Shown here: one piece after another, positions 26,249 to 34,762 of the stretch
Position numbering within the stretch: position 1 is the first letter of the stretch
Layout of the letters: every line of letters starts with the position of its first letter
DNA from: Smithella sp.
GTDB taxonomy: Bacteria; Desulfobacterota; Syntrophia; Syntrophales; Smithellaceae
NCBI GenBank assembly: GCA_049523355.1
Contig: JBEKMY010000022.1
Coordinates: 7,440-71,439 of the forward strand
Direction of reading: 5' to 3'
Length of the DNA: 64,000 nucleotides
The notes under the pieces: model-generated
Database searches by the model: none
What the model was told of the DNA's origin: nothing
What the model saw: the letters and a program-made list of their open reading frames with translations, nothing else
Made by a program: the position numbers and the translations under genes

Positions 26249-27630
26249 TGCCGAGTATTCTTGTTATTGATGACGACGCTTCGATTGCGGAAACGCTGGA
26301 TCTGTATTTAACTGAAGAAGGGTACAAAGTTCGCACCGCGCTGACCGGCACGGAAGGTTTGAATAAGTATGTGCAGGCGCCATCGGATGTTGTCATTCTG
26401 GATATTCGTTTGCCTGATATTGACGGATTCACTGTCCTTGAAGATCTTAAAGAAGAAAACGAAAACGTTAAAGTCATTATGATAACCGCTTTTCATGATA
26501 TGGAAACAACCATTAACGCGATGAAGAGCGGCGCTTTCGATTATATTCATAAACCGGTCAATGTTGATGAACTGGATATGGCGATTAAGAAAGCCCTGAA
26601 ATCTCTGGAAATGGAAAAAAAGATTGATGGACTTTTAATGGAGCCGTCAAGGACTTTCCGGGTTGGAGATATCATCGGGACCGGCAATGAAATGCGGGAA
26701 ATTTTTAAAACGATCGGCACTGTTTCCCAGAGCCGCACCACCGTGCTGATTCAGGGTGAGAGCGGCACCGGCAAGGAATTGATTGCCAAAGTCATTCATC
26801 ATAATACGTCTCCTAATGAACCCTTTATCGCGGTCAACTGTTCCGCTATTGTCGAGACTCTGCTGGAATCCGAATTGTTCGGCCATGAAAAGGGCTCTTT
26901 TACCGGCGCGATTGCCCGCAAGCTCGGCAAATTCGAACTGGCGCGCTTTGGCACGGTATTTCTGGACGAAATCAGCGAAATGTCCGTTAACCTGCAGGCC
27001 AAGCTACTGCGGGTTTTGCAGGAAATGGAATTCGACAGGGTGGGAGGAAAAGATAAGGTCAAGGTAAACGCCCGCATTATGGCCGCTACTAATAAAGATT
27101 TAAAGACACTGGTTAAGGAAGGAAAATTCCGCGATGATTTGTATTATCGCCTGAATATCGTATCTATTAACTTGCCGCCGCTTCGCTCACGCAGGCAGGA
27201 TATTCCGCAGTTGATAGACTATTTGCTTGCAAAAATTAATCTGGATTTGCATAAGAAGATTATCGGGGTTTCCGACGAAATGATGGAAATATTCATGAAT
27301 TATAACTGGCCGGGCAATGTACGGGAACTGGAAAATCTGCTCGTGCGCGCCTGTGTTGTGGCCAAAGGCCAGGTGCTGGGAGTCGGAGATTTTCCGGAAC
27401 TGGGCAAGGAAGATGCTCTTAAATTGCCGGATGATGCATCCGCGGATTTGTTCAAATCGCCGGAAGCGGGTAAATTTCTAACGCTCGATGAGGTGGAAGA
27501 ACGCTACATCCGAAAAGTCATTAAAGAGACGGATAAAAACAAAGGGGAAATTTGCGAGGTGCTCGGAATTTCCCGGCCGACGTTTGAGAGGAAGTTGGAA
27601 AAATACGGAATCACCTTCGAAAGAGAATAA
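26245..27630 (+). CDS. sigma-54-dependent response regulator (REC, AAA+ activator, Fis-type HTH)
   Basis: ILVIDDD...DIRLPDIDG receiver, GESGTGKE Walker A, ESELFGHEKGSFTGA (GAFTGA-type loop), C-terminal HTH. ATGA overlap with the kinase. Confidence 0.92.
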   Translation: MMPSILVIDDDASIAETLDLYLTEEGYKVRTALTGTEGLNKYVQAPSDVVILDIRLPDIDGFTVLEDLKEENENVKVIMITAFHDMETTINAMKSGAFDYIHKPVNVDELDMAIKKALKSLEMEKKIDGLLMEPSRTFRVGDIIGTGNEMREIFKTIGTVSQSRTTVLIQGESGTGKELIAKVIHHNTSPNEPFIAVNCSAIVETLLESELFGHEKGSFTGAIARKLGKFELARFGTVFLDEISEMSVNLQAKLLRVLQEMEFDRVGGKDKVKVNARIMAATNKDLKTLVKEGKFRDDLYYRLNIVSINLPPLRSRRQDIPQLIDYLLAKINLDLHKKIIGVSDEMMEIFMNYNWPGNVRELENLLVRACVVAKGQVLGVGDFPELGKEDALKLPDDASADLFKSPEAGKFLTLDEVEERYIRKVIKETDKNKGEICEVLGISRPTFERKLEKYGITFERE

Positions 27631-27755
27631 AGGGCTTTTGAAAAACGGCCATCTGCTGCGTTTCCCTCACCCTTTTGTCGTTGCGACGTATGCAGAAAAT
27701 ACGTCTCACTCCTCAGGGGTCGGGGGCCTTGCATCTGACCATTTTTGAAAAGCCC
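27631..27755 (+). repeat. about 125-bp imperfect-palindrome intergenic repeat, copy E1
   Basis: Termini agggcttttgaaaaa / tttttgaaaagccc. Central hairpin gacgtat-gcagaaa-atacgtc. Colinear with the reverse complement of copy E3. Confidence 0.8.
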
Positions 27756-27786
27756 CTAAAACTAGTATGATGTTCCCGGATTTTCT

Positions 27787-27944
27787 GATACCATTTTGCT
27801 TTCTTCGGCTAACTTTGTTGGCATCGTCGTCGGCTTCCTCGACGTATGTTCATATACGACTGCGGAGCCTCCTCCTTGCCGCCGCGTTATCCTTTAAAAT
27901 CGAAATGGTATAAAAATGGCAAATTGGATTTTTTGAACAGTCCT
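27787..27944 (+). repeat. diverged member of the same repeat family, copy E2
   Basis: Central gacgtat-gttcat-atacgac hairpin and right end ttttttgaacagtcct. Followed, like E1, by the 16-bp motif aaaactagtatgatgt (27758-27773 and 27946-27961). Confidence 0.55.
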
Positions 27945-28103
27945 CAAAACTAGTATGATGTCCCTTGATTTTGTAATAGTTTCTAAATTTAAAATAAGAC
28001 AAGTCATTAAATAATAAGAATAAATAACAGTAAATAATAAACAGTTTTTGCTTGACTTTATTAAATTACTATGATAACTTAATAACTGAAAGTAATTATA
28101 GTA

Positions 28104-28787
28104 ATGGAGGTTATTATGATTAACATCACCCCGTTAAAAGAAAAAATATTGAATTGCATGACACAATGGGAAGAGGAACTATGGAGGTTATCAGAGCAGG
28201 CAAACCAAAATAGAAATTTGAGTCAAATGGATAAGACTAATTCAATTATGAGAGAGCAGAAAAAGATTTCTGATGCAATTAAAGACCTATTTGACGAAAT
28301 AGGAAAGGTTCAGAAAGAACCCGAAACTAATTCAGCAGACCGGACAATAAAAATAATTTGTCCACGAGAAGGAGAAAAACCTACTGCAATAAGAATTGGT
28401 GAGGAAGAAATACGAATCGATAGCTGGAATCAAATCCTTATAGTTATAGCAAATTGGATTCTTGAAGATAAAAAAAATCTTCCCGAAATTAAAAATTTTA
28501 TAAGTCCCAATAAGGAAGGGTTTGCAAAATCAGCGCAATGTAAGCCGCTAAAAAATGGTTGGTTTATTGAAGTAGGAGACAGTGCAAAAACACTAATTAA
28601 TAAAGCTAAGAAGCTATTAAGAAATACAGGTTACACAGAAGAAATTCTCGTTGAAACTAAAGATGAGACAATAACTTCTGCAGTTTCGGATAGGGTTTTT
28701 GATAATCGAACAAAAGTGATAAAACTTTATCGTAACGCTTCCCCAGAAAAACGGAATAAAATAAAAGAATTGTTAGGTCTCAATTAA
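28104..28787 (+). CDS. hypothetical protein, AT-rich orphan
   Basis: 227-aa ORF, visibly more AT-rich than its neighbours. No motif I can recognise. Bracketed by repeat copies E1/E2 and E3. Confidence 0.6.
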   Translation: MEVIMINITPLKEKILNCMTQWEEELWRLSEQANQNRNLSQMDKTNSIMREQKKISDAIKDLFDEIGKVQKEPETNSADRTIKIICPREGEKPTAIRIGEEEIRIDSWNQILIVIANWILEDKKNLPEIKNFISPNKEGFAKSAQCKPLKNGWFIEVGDSAKTLINKAKKLLRNTGYTEEILVETKDETITSAVSDRVFDNRTKVIKLYRNASPEKRNKIKELLGLN

Positions 28788-28950
28788 TTAAAAAAACTGC
28801 CGTATAATGCAAACGGGAATGGGAATGATACATGAAAATGTTTATTACAACGACTGTAATTTGTCTTATCATTTTCCCGATATTATATAATGTGCAAAAA
28901 TAACAGGGTCAGGTCTTGAAATATAAGTTTTTAAAAAAATGAAGGATAAA

Positions 28951-29074
28951 AGGGCTACTTAAAAATGTTCAGATGCAAGGCGCGCGAGTATCGCGGAGTG
29001 AGGCCTACTTTTTCGCAGGTCGCAGCGACGCGAACGGAGCGCAACGCCGCAGGTGAGCGTTTTTGAACAGCCCT
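28951..29074 (-). repeat. about 125-bp imperfect-palindrome intergenic repeat, copy E3 (inverted relative to E1)
   Basis: Termini agggctacttaaaaa / tttttgaacagccct. The reverse complement aligns position by position with E1. Ends 13 nt before the engB ATG. Confidence 0.8.
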
Positions 29075-29087
29075 TGAAAGTTGAATT

Positions 29088-29684
29088 ATGAAAATAATAA
29101 GTGCGGAATTTATAAAAAGCGCGGTCTGGCCGCCTCAATATCCTCCGGCGACGCTTCCGGAAATAGCTTTTGTCGGGCGGTCCAACGTGGGCAAATCATC
29201 TTTGATCAACACGCTTGTCGGGCGCAAGAATCTGGCGAAAACAAGCAATACTCCCGGACGGACGCAGTTGATCAATTTTTTCGCGATTAACGAAAAGGTG
29301 TCATTTGTCGATCTGCCGGGTTATGGATTTGCGAAAGTTGCTCAGTCTGTAAAGAAAGACTGGGGCGATATGATTGAGGCCTATCTGCGGGAGAGACTCA
29401 ATCTGGCTCTGGTAGTTTTTATTCTGGATATCCGGCGCGATCCCAGTGTTGATGATTTGGCCCTGCGCGATTGGCTGGAACATTATCGGATACCTTATGT
29501 ATATATTTTGACCAAAGTCGATAAATTATCCAACAATCAGGCGATTGCCCAAAAGCGCGCGATTGAAAAATCTTTGCGTGTATCGGCTGCAAACAAGCTC
29601 ATCCTTTTTTCGGCAATAACACAAAAGGGCAAGAGCGATATCTGGCAATTCATTGAAGAACATTTAAGGGCGCTTCCTGATTAA
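29088..29684 (+). CDS. engB: ribosome biogenesis GTP-binding protein YsxC/EngB
   Basis: EIAFVGRSNVGKSSLINTL, DLPGYG, TKVDK. Confidence 0.9.
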   Translation: MKIISAEFIKSAVWPPQYPPATLPEIAFVGRSNVGKSSLINTLVGRKNLAKTSNTPGRTQLINFFAINEKVSFVDLPGYGFAKVAQSVKKDWGDMIEAYLRERLNLALVVFILDIRRDPSVDDLALRDWLEHYRIPYVYILTKVDKLSNNQAIAQKRAIEKSLRVSAANKLILFSAITQKGKSDIWQFIEEHLRALPD

Positions 29685-30117
29685 CAGAATCAAATTTTTA
29701 TAATCAAACAATCGTTTTGACAAAGGCGCTGATAACTAAAGATATGTGTGAACGCCGGTCATTGAACGTTGGTCATTTTTTAATTCTTTTATATCAATAA
29801 GTTAACGAGGAAAATAGAAAAAAATAAAGTTAGGCTCTTGACAGGTTTATCAAATTATGCTAACCGTCCAATGCCGGTTAGACCTCGTCTAATGCAGGAA
29901 CTGAGACAGGATTTTTACATGAAAAAACGAGTTTTAATCAAGCGCTGAAAGGTAACGAAAAATTTAGTGCAGTAACAAGAGGGAAAGCAAGGTTGGATAA
30001 ATAACAATATACCTGGTACCGGCTTTTTCAAAACAGACCTCCACTAAAAATTTTTCTCTTACAGATTGTAATTTCGGTTGTATTTTAAATACGCTTCTAA
30101 ATAATAGGAGATGTTGA

Positions 30118-31293
30118 ATGTCACAAGCAGTTACGCCTTACCTGGAAATGTCCCAGGCGATAATGGATGCCGGTGGCGAGGCGCTGAAAAAATGCTATCA
30201 GTGCGGAACCTGCTCAGGCACCTGTCCGTGGACACCGATCACCCATTTTAATATCCGCAAGCTTGTCCGTTATGGCCAGTTGGGCTTAGACGGCATCGAA
30301 GAGTTTATGTGGGGTTGTTCCACCTGTAAGTTCTGTGTGGACAGATGCCCTCGCGGTGTCGAAATTATTGATGTGGTTACGGCCATTCGCAATGTCTATA
30401 GCGGCGGTGGCATGTTGCCGCAGACTTTGCGCTCTTTTGTCGGTTCCATGTCGGCCAGAGGGAATCCCTGGTCGGGCGATCAGGCCAGCCGAAACGACTG
30501 GGCCAAGAACAAATATCCTCTTTACACCAAAGAAACGGAGTATTTATTTTTTAGTTGTTGCACCGTTTGTTACGATCCCCGCAATAATAAACTGGCCAGG
30601 GCTGCCGCTGAAGTATTGAATCAGATGGGAGTCAGTTGGGGTTTGCCGTCCGTGGATGTTAACTGCTGCGGCGAGAGTTTAAAAAAGGTCGGCGATCTGG
30701 AGTTATTCGAAAGGCTGAAAAGCAATAATCTGAATTTCTTCAATTCTTCCGGTGTAGGAAAAATTATTACCGTATCACCCCACTGCCTGGCATCATTCAA
30801 GAAAGATTACGGCAATGACTATGAAGTAATCCATCTCAGTCAATTGATTGATCAAAAGATAAAAGAAGGCAAGCTGACCCCCAAGAAAGATTTTGGCGGC
30901 ATCAAGGTCACGTATCATGATCCCTGTTATCTGGGACGGCACAGCGGTGTTTATGATGCGCCGCGCGACGTACTGAAATCCATACCGGGCCTTGAATTTG
31001 TCGAGATGAAGCGCAGCCGCGAACAAAGCATGTGCTGCGGCGGCGGCGGCGGCGGATTATGGATGGAGAAACTCAAGGGAGAACGTTTAAGCGATCTGAG
31101 AATTGAAGAGGCGCTGTCTACCGGAGCGTCTATTCTGGCTACGTCCTGCCCGTATTGCATTACCATGTTTGAAGACAGTATCCGGACGCTCAATGCTGAT
31201 GATAAAATTTCAGTAAAGGATGTTACGGAACTTGCTCTGGAGAGCCTGGGAATTAGTATTGATGAGCCGGTTGTGGATACCTGCAGCGTTTAA
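30118..31293 (+). CDS. soluble HdrD-like Fe-S protein (HdrC-type 2x[4Fe-4S] fused to HdrB-type double CCG domain)
   Basis: CYQCGTCSGTCP and CSTCKFCVDRCP, then CCG motifs NCCGES and MCCGGGGGG and the cysteine pattern CPYC. No TM segments. Confidence 0.85.
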   Translation: MSQAVTPYLEMSQAIMDAGGEALKKCYQCGTCSGTCPWTPITHFNIRKLVRYGQLGLDGIEEFMWGCSTCKFCVDRCPRGVEIIDVVTAIRNVYSGGGMLPQTLRSFVGSMSARGNPWSGDQASRNDWAKNKYPLYTKETEYLFFSCCTVCYDPRNNKLARAAAEVLNQMGVSWGLPSVDVNCCGESLKKVGDLELFERLKSNNLNFFNSSGVGKIITVSPHCLASFKKDYGNDYEVIHLSQLIDQKIKEGKLTPKKDFGGIKVTYHDPCYLGRHSGVYDAPRDVLKSIPGLEFVEMKRSREQSMCCGGGGGGLWMEKLKGERLSDLRIEEALSTGASILATSCPYCITMFEDSIRTLNADDKISVKDVTELALESLGISIDEPVVDTCSV

Positions 31294-31355
31294 TGCAGTT
31301 GAAAATAAATAAAGTCAGAATGGTGATTCTGAAGGAAAAAAAGTAGGGAGAAATT

Positions 31356-33305
31356 ATGAGCAGAATTGGTGTTTTTGTTTGCCACTGCGGTTTGAATATA
31401 GCCAAGACGGTTCGTGTAAGTGAACTGGCGGAGTTTGCGGCTACACTTCCTGATGTTGTTGTAGCAAGGGACTACAAGTTCATGTGCTCCACGCCCGGAC
31501 AGGAGATGATCGCTAACGATATCAAGCAATATAAACTGGATCGTGTCATTGTTACAGCCTGTTCACCATTAATGCATGAAAAAACATTCCGCAAAGTTAT
31601 TGAAAGCGCCGGTTTGAATCAATATCTGCTGACCATCGTCAACATACGTGAGCAGCTTTCCTGGGTAACTCATGATATCGAAGAAGGCACATCAAAAGCC
31701 AAAGCGCTCTTGAATGGCGCGGTTTACAGGGCACGGAATCTGGCGCCGCTTAGCTCGCGGGTTATCGACGTTAACCCCGATGTGATGGTTGTCGGCGGCG
31801 GTATTGCCGGAATTCAGGCCGCGCTGGAGTTGGCCAATACGGGGAAAAAAGTTTACCTGGTCGAAAAGAATTCCACTATCGGCGGCCATATGGCTCAGTT
31901 CGACAAAACGTTTCCCACGCTGGATTGTTCAGCCTGTATTCTGACGCCCAAGATGGATGCCGTTTTGCAGCACAAAAATATAAATTTAATGACCTATTGC
32001 GAAGTAAGCGAAGTCAAGGGATATGTTGGCAATTTTGATATTACGGTTAAACAGAAGGCGCGTTATGTCGATCACAGCAAGTGTAATGCCTGTCTGGCCT
32101 GCACGGAAAAATGTCCCGGCAAAGGCGTTTCTGAATGGGATGAAGGGCTGGTAAAAAGAAAAGCTATTTACATTCCCTTCCCGCAGGCCGTACCGCAAAA
32201 GCCTGTTATCGACAAAGAGTCCTGTACTTATTTTATCAAAGGCAAGTGCAAACTTTGTCAGAAAGTCTGCGAACAGAAAGCTATTGATTACGAACAGCAG
32301 GATACTTTCTCCACGGTGAAAGTCGGTGCTGTAATTATAGCGACCGGCTATGATCTGATGGATACCAAACCGCTGGTTCAATACGGTTATGGCCAATATC
32401 CTGGCGTATATCACTCGCTGGAAGTGGAAAGACTGTTTAATTCCGCAGGTCCCACCGGCGGAAAGGTGACGCTCAGAGACGGATCGGAACCGAAATCTAT
32501 CGCAATCCTGCATTGTATCGGCAGCCGTGATAAAAATTATTGTGAGCATTGCAGCCGCGTCTGCTGTATGTATTCGCTTAAATTCGCTCATCTCTTCAAA
32601 GAAAAAACCTCCGCGGATGTTTATCAGTTTTATATTGATATGAGAGCGGCGGGCAAAGGTTATGAGGAATTTTACAACCGCCTGATAGAAGAAAACGTGA
32701 AGTTTATCCGTGGTAAAGGAGCCCGCGTCGCGGAAAGCGAAGAGGAGCCCGGCCGCCTGATTATGGAAGCGGAAGATACGATTACCAGTAAATTTATGAG
32801 GGTTCCGGTTGATATGGTTGTGCTTTGTCCAGCCATTGTGCCCCGGGAAGATGCAAAGGAAATTGGCAGACTATTTAATCTGAGCACTGACAAGCAGGGA
32901 TTTTTCATGGAGCGGCATCCCAAACTGGCGCCTCTGGCTACCATGACAGAAGGTATTTTTATCGCCGGTGTTTGTCAAAGTCCGAAAGATATTCCCGATA
33001 CCGTAGCGCAGGCCAACGGCGCGGCAGCGGAAGCTCTAACGATTGTTTCCATGGACAAAATGGAACTTGATGCGACCACGGCAATGGTCAATCCGGCCGC
33101 ATGTTGCGGCTGCCAAAACTGCGTGCGAGTGTGTCCTTACGGCGCTCCTTCATATAATCCCGATAAACGGGTTTCGGAAATTAATGAAGCTTTGTGTAAA
33201 GGATGCGGCTGTTGTGCATCGGTCTGTCCGACGTCGGCCATTATCGCCCGTCACTTTACCAACGAGCAGGTGTTGGCTGAGATGGAAGGCTTAATGGAGT
33301 TTTAG
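31356..33305 (+). CDS. hdrA: heterodisulfide reductase subunit A family flavoprotein
   Basis: VMVVGGGIAGIQAALELA FAD motif, multiple Cys clusters including the C-terminal CCGCQNCVRVCP...CKGCGCCASVCP. 649 aa. Confidence 0.9.
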   Translation: MSRIGVFVCHCGLNIAKTVRVSELAEFAATLPDVVVARDYKFMCSTPGQEMIANDIKQYKLDRVIVTACSPLMHEKTFRKVIESAGLNQYLLTIVNIREQLSWVTHDIEEGTSKAKALLNGAVYRARNLAPLSSRVIDVNPDVMVVGGGIAGIQAALELANTGKKVYLVEKNSTIGGHMAQFDKTFPTLDCSACILTPKMDAVLQHKNINLMTYCEVSEVKGYVGNFDITVKQKARYVDHSKCNACLACTEKCPGKGVSEWDEGLVKRKAIYIPFPQAVPQKPVIDKESCTYFIKGKCKLCQKVCEQKAIDYEQQDTFSTVKVGAVIIATGYDLMDTKPLVQYGYGQYPGVYHSLEVERLFNSAGPTGGKVTLRDGSEPKSIAILHCIGSRDKNYCEHCSRVCCMYSLKFAHLFKEKTSADVYQFYIDMRAAGKGYEEFYNRLIEENVKFIRGKGARVAESEEEPGRLIMEAEDTITSKFMRVPVDMVVLCPAIVPREDAKEIGRLFNLSTDKQGFFMERHPKLAPLATMTEGIFIAGVCQSPKDIPDTVAQANGAAAEALTIVSMDKMELDATTAMVNPAACCGCQNCVRVCPYGAPSYNPDKRVSEINEALCKGCGCCASVCPTSAIIARHFTNEQVLAEMEGLMEF

Positions 33306-33317
33306 TTATGGCATTAT

Positions 33318-33421
33318 AAGAAGTCCGTATGCTGCGTTGCGCTTTTTTTCGCTTCGCTGCGACCTGCGAAAAAGTAGGCCTCGCTTCGCGAACATCGCGC
33401 GCCTTGCCTCTGGAGTTTTTT
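33318..33421 (+). repeat. repeat family copy E4 (core only, termini degenerate) in the hdrA-mvhD intercistronic gap
   Basis: ctgcgttgcgct...gctgcgacctgcgaaaaagtaggcctc...cgcgcgccttgc is near-identical to the reverse complement of the E3 core. Confidence 0.75.
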
Positions 33422-33457
33422 ATTGCGCCATACAATGATTTTATAGAGAGGAAAGTT

Positions 33458-33874
33458 ATGTCATTTGAACCGAAAATATTGGGTATAGCCTGCAACTGGT
33501 GCACATATACAGGGGCGGATCTTGCCGGCACAACCAGATTGCAGTATCCGCCGAATGTCCGGGTTGTCCGGGTTATGTGCTCAAGTCGCATCAATCCTTC
33601 CTTTATATTCAGAGCTCTTCAGTTTGGCGCGGATGGAGTTTTAGTAGGCGGTTGCCATCCCGGAGATTGTCATTATAATACCGGAAATCTCTATGCGCGA
33701 AGAAGGCTTGCCACGACAAAAAAGATTCTGGAATTTGCAGGAATAGAACAGGGGAGATTCCGGGTGGAATGGATTTCCGCTTCCGAAGGCAACAGATTTG
33801 CCGAAGTTATTGAGGAGTTTACAACTCAAATTAAGAATCTTGGCCCCCAGACGAAGTTGAAGATACAGGAGTAG
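33458..33874 (+). CDS. MvhD/FlxD-type hydrogenase iron-sulfur (delta) subunit
   Basis: ILGIACNWCTYTGADLAG...VRVMCSSRINP...GADGVLVGGCHPGDCHY. Start moved to MSFEPK (GAGAGGAAA RBS) because the upstream part of ORF 33329.. translates the repeat. Confidence 0.88.
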   Translation: MSFEPKILGIACNWCTYTGADLAGTTRLQYPPNVRVVRVMCSSRINPSFIFRALQFGADGVLVGGCHPGDCHYNTGNLYARRRLATTKKILEFAGIEQGRFRVEWISASEGNRFAEVIEEFTTQIKNLGPQTKLKIQE

Positions 33875-33888
33875 GGTTGGGAGAAAAT

Positions 33889-34752
33889 ATGACTGATTTT
33901 AAAAAAATCGAAGAAAATTTAAAGAAGGAAGCAAAAAGGCTGTTGGAGTCCGGCGAAGTGACCGTAGTGCTGGCTTATGGAAAAGGATTCGATGAACAAC
34001 ATCCGATGCCCTACGCGGCGAAAAGTGTTGCGGACGTCGAAAATATCGTATTCAACGAATACTGCACTTATAACATGGCTCGTTATCTTGTTCGTTACCC
34101 GCAAGGGACAAAAATTGCCATCGCCGTGAAGGCAGCCGACAGCCGGGCGGTTGTTCAGCTCATCCAGGAAGAAAAAGTCAAGAGAGAAAACCTTGTGCTG
34201 CTGGGAATTCCCGTGACCGGTATGAAAAATTCCAAGACAGGCGAAGCGATTGATAGCAAGACCACATGCGGCATGGTTAATCCTGTTCTGTATGATGTTT
34301 TACTGAGCGAGGAAATCCATGGACAGAAGCCCGTGTCCCCCTACGATGTCCTGGCTGAATATGAAGCGATGGACAATGATGCCCGCTGGGAATTCTGGAA
34401 GAGTCAATTGGATAAATGTATTCGTTGTTATGCCTGCCGTAAAGCCTGTCCAATGTGTTATTGCGACCCGTGCTTTATTGATCAGCTAAAACCAAAATGG
34501 GCGGACAAGGCGCCGCAGTCTCCCGGTAATATTATGTATCACCTGACACGTTTTCATCATCTGGCGGGACGTTGTATTGACTGCGGTGAGTGTTCACGCG
34601 CGTGTCCGGTGGACATTCCTTTGTATCTTTTCCATAAAAAGGTGGCCAAGGAGTGCGAAGAGATGTTTAAGCAGGCGTCCGGTATGAGCATAGAAGACAA
34701 GCCCGTGCTGGTAAATTTCCGAGTCGAAGATTCAGACAAAATTTTGGAGTAA
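33889..34752 (+). CDS. FlxC-like 4Fe-4S protein
   Basis: CIRCYACRKACPMCYCDPC and CIDCGECSRACP clusters. Position after the MvhD-like gene. ATG at 33889 with GGGAG RBS (the ORF track uses TTG at 33877). Confidence 0.75.
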   Translation: MTDFKKIEENLKKEAKRLLESGEVTVVLAYGKGFDEQHPMPYAAKSVADVENIVFNEYCTYNMARYLVRYPQGTKIAIAVKAADSRAVVQLIQEEKVKRENLVLLGIPVTGMKNSKTGEAIDSKTTCGMVNPVLYDVLLSEEIHGQKPVSPYDVLAEYEAMDNDARWEFWKSQLDKCIRCYACRKACPMCYCDPCFIDQLKPKWADKAPQSPGNIMYHLTRFHHLAGRCIDCGECSRACPVDIPLYLFHKKVAKECEEMFKQASGMSIEDKPVLVNFRVEDSDKILE

Positions 34753-34762
34753 GGAGCGGTTT

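Noticed and set aside
27488-27748. ORFs 27488..27748 (+) and 27504..27734 (-) spanning the end of the regulator gene and repeat E1
   Set aside because: Both are read-through of the palindromic repeat element. No RBS or motif.
27631-29074. Possibility that the repeated elements form a CRISPR array
   Set aside because: The units are about 125 bp, internally palindromic, irregularly spaced and in both orientations, with a gene between them. This is not CRISPR architecture.
31986-32591. 201-aa antisense ORF inside hdrA
   Set aside because: Shadow ORF opposite a strongly supported HdrA frame.
33329-33457. N-terminal 43-codon extension of the MvhD-like ORF
   Set aside because: The extension is simply the translation of repeat copy E4. 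A good RBS and the conserved MvhD N-terminus begin at 33458.
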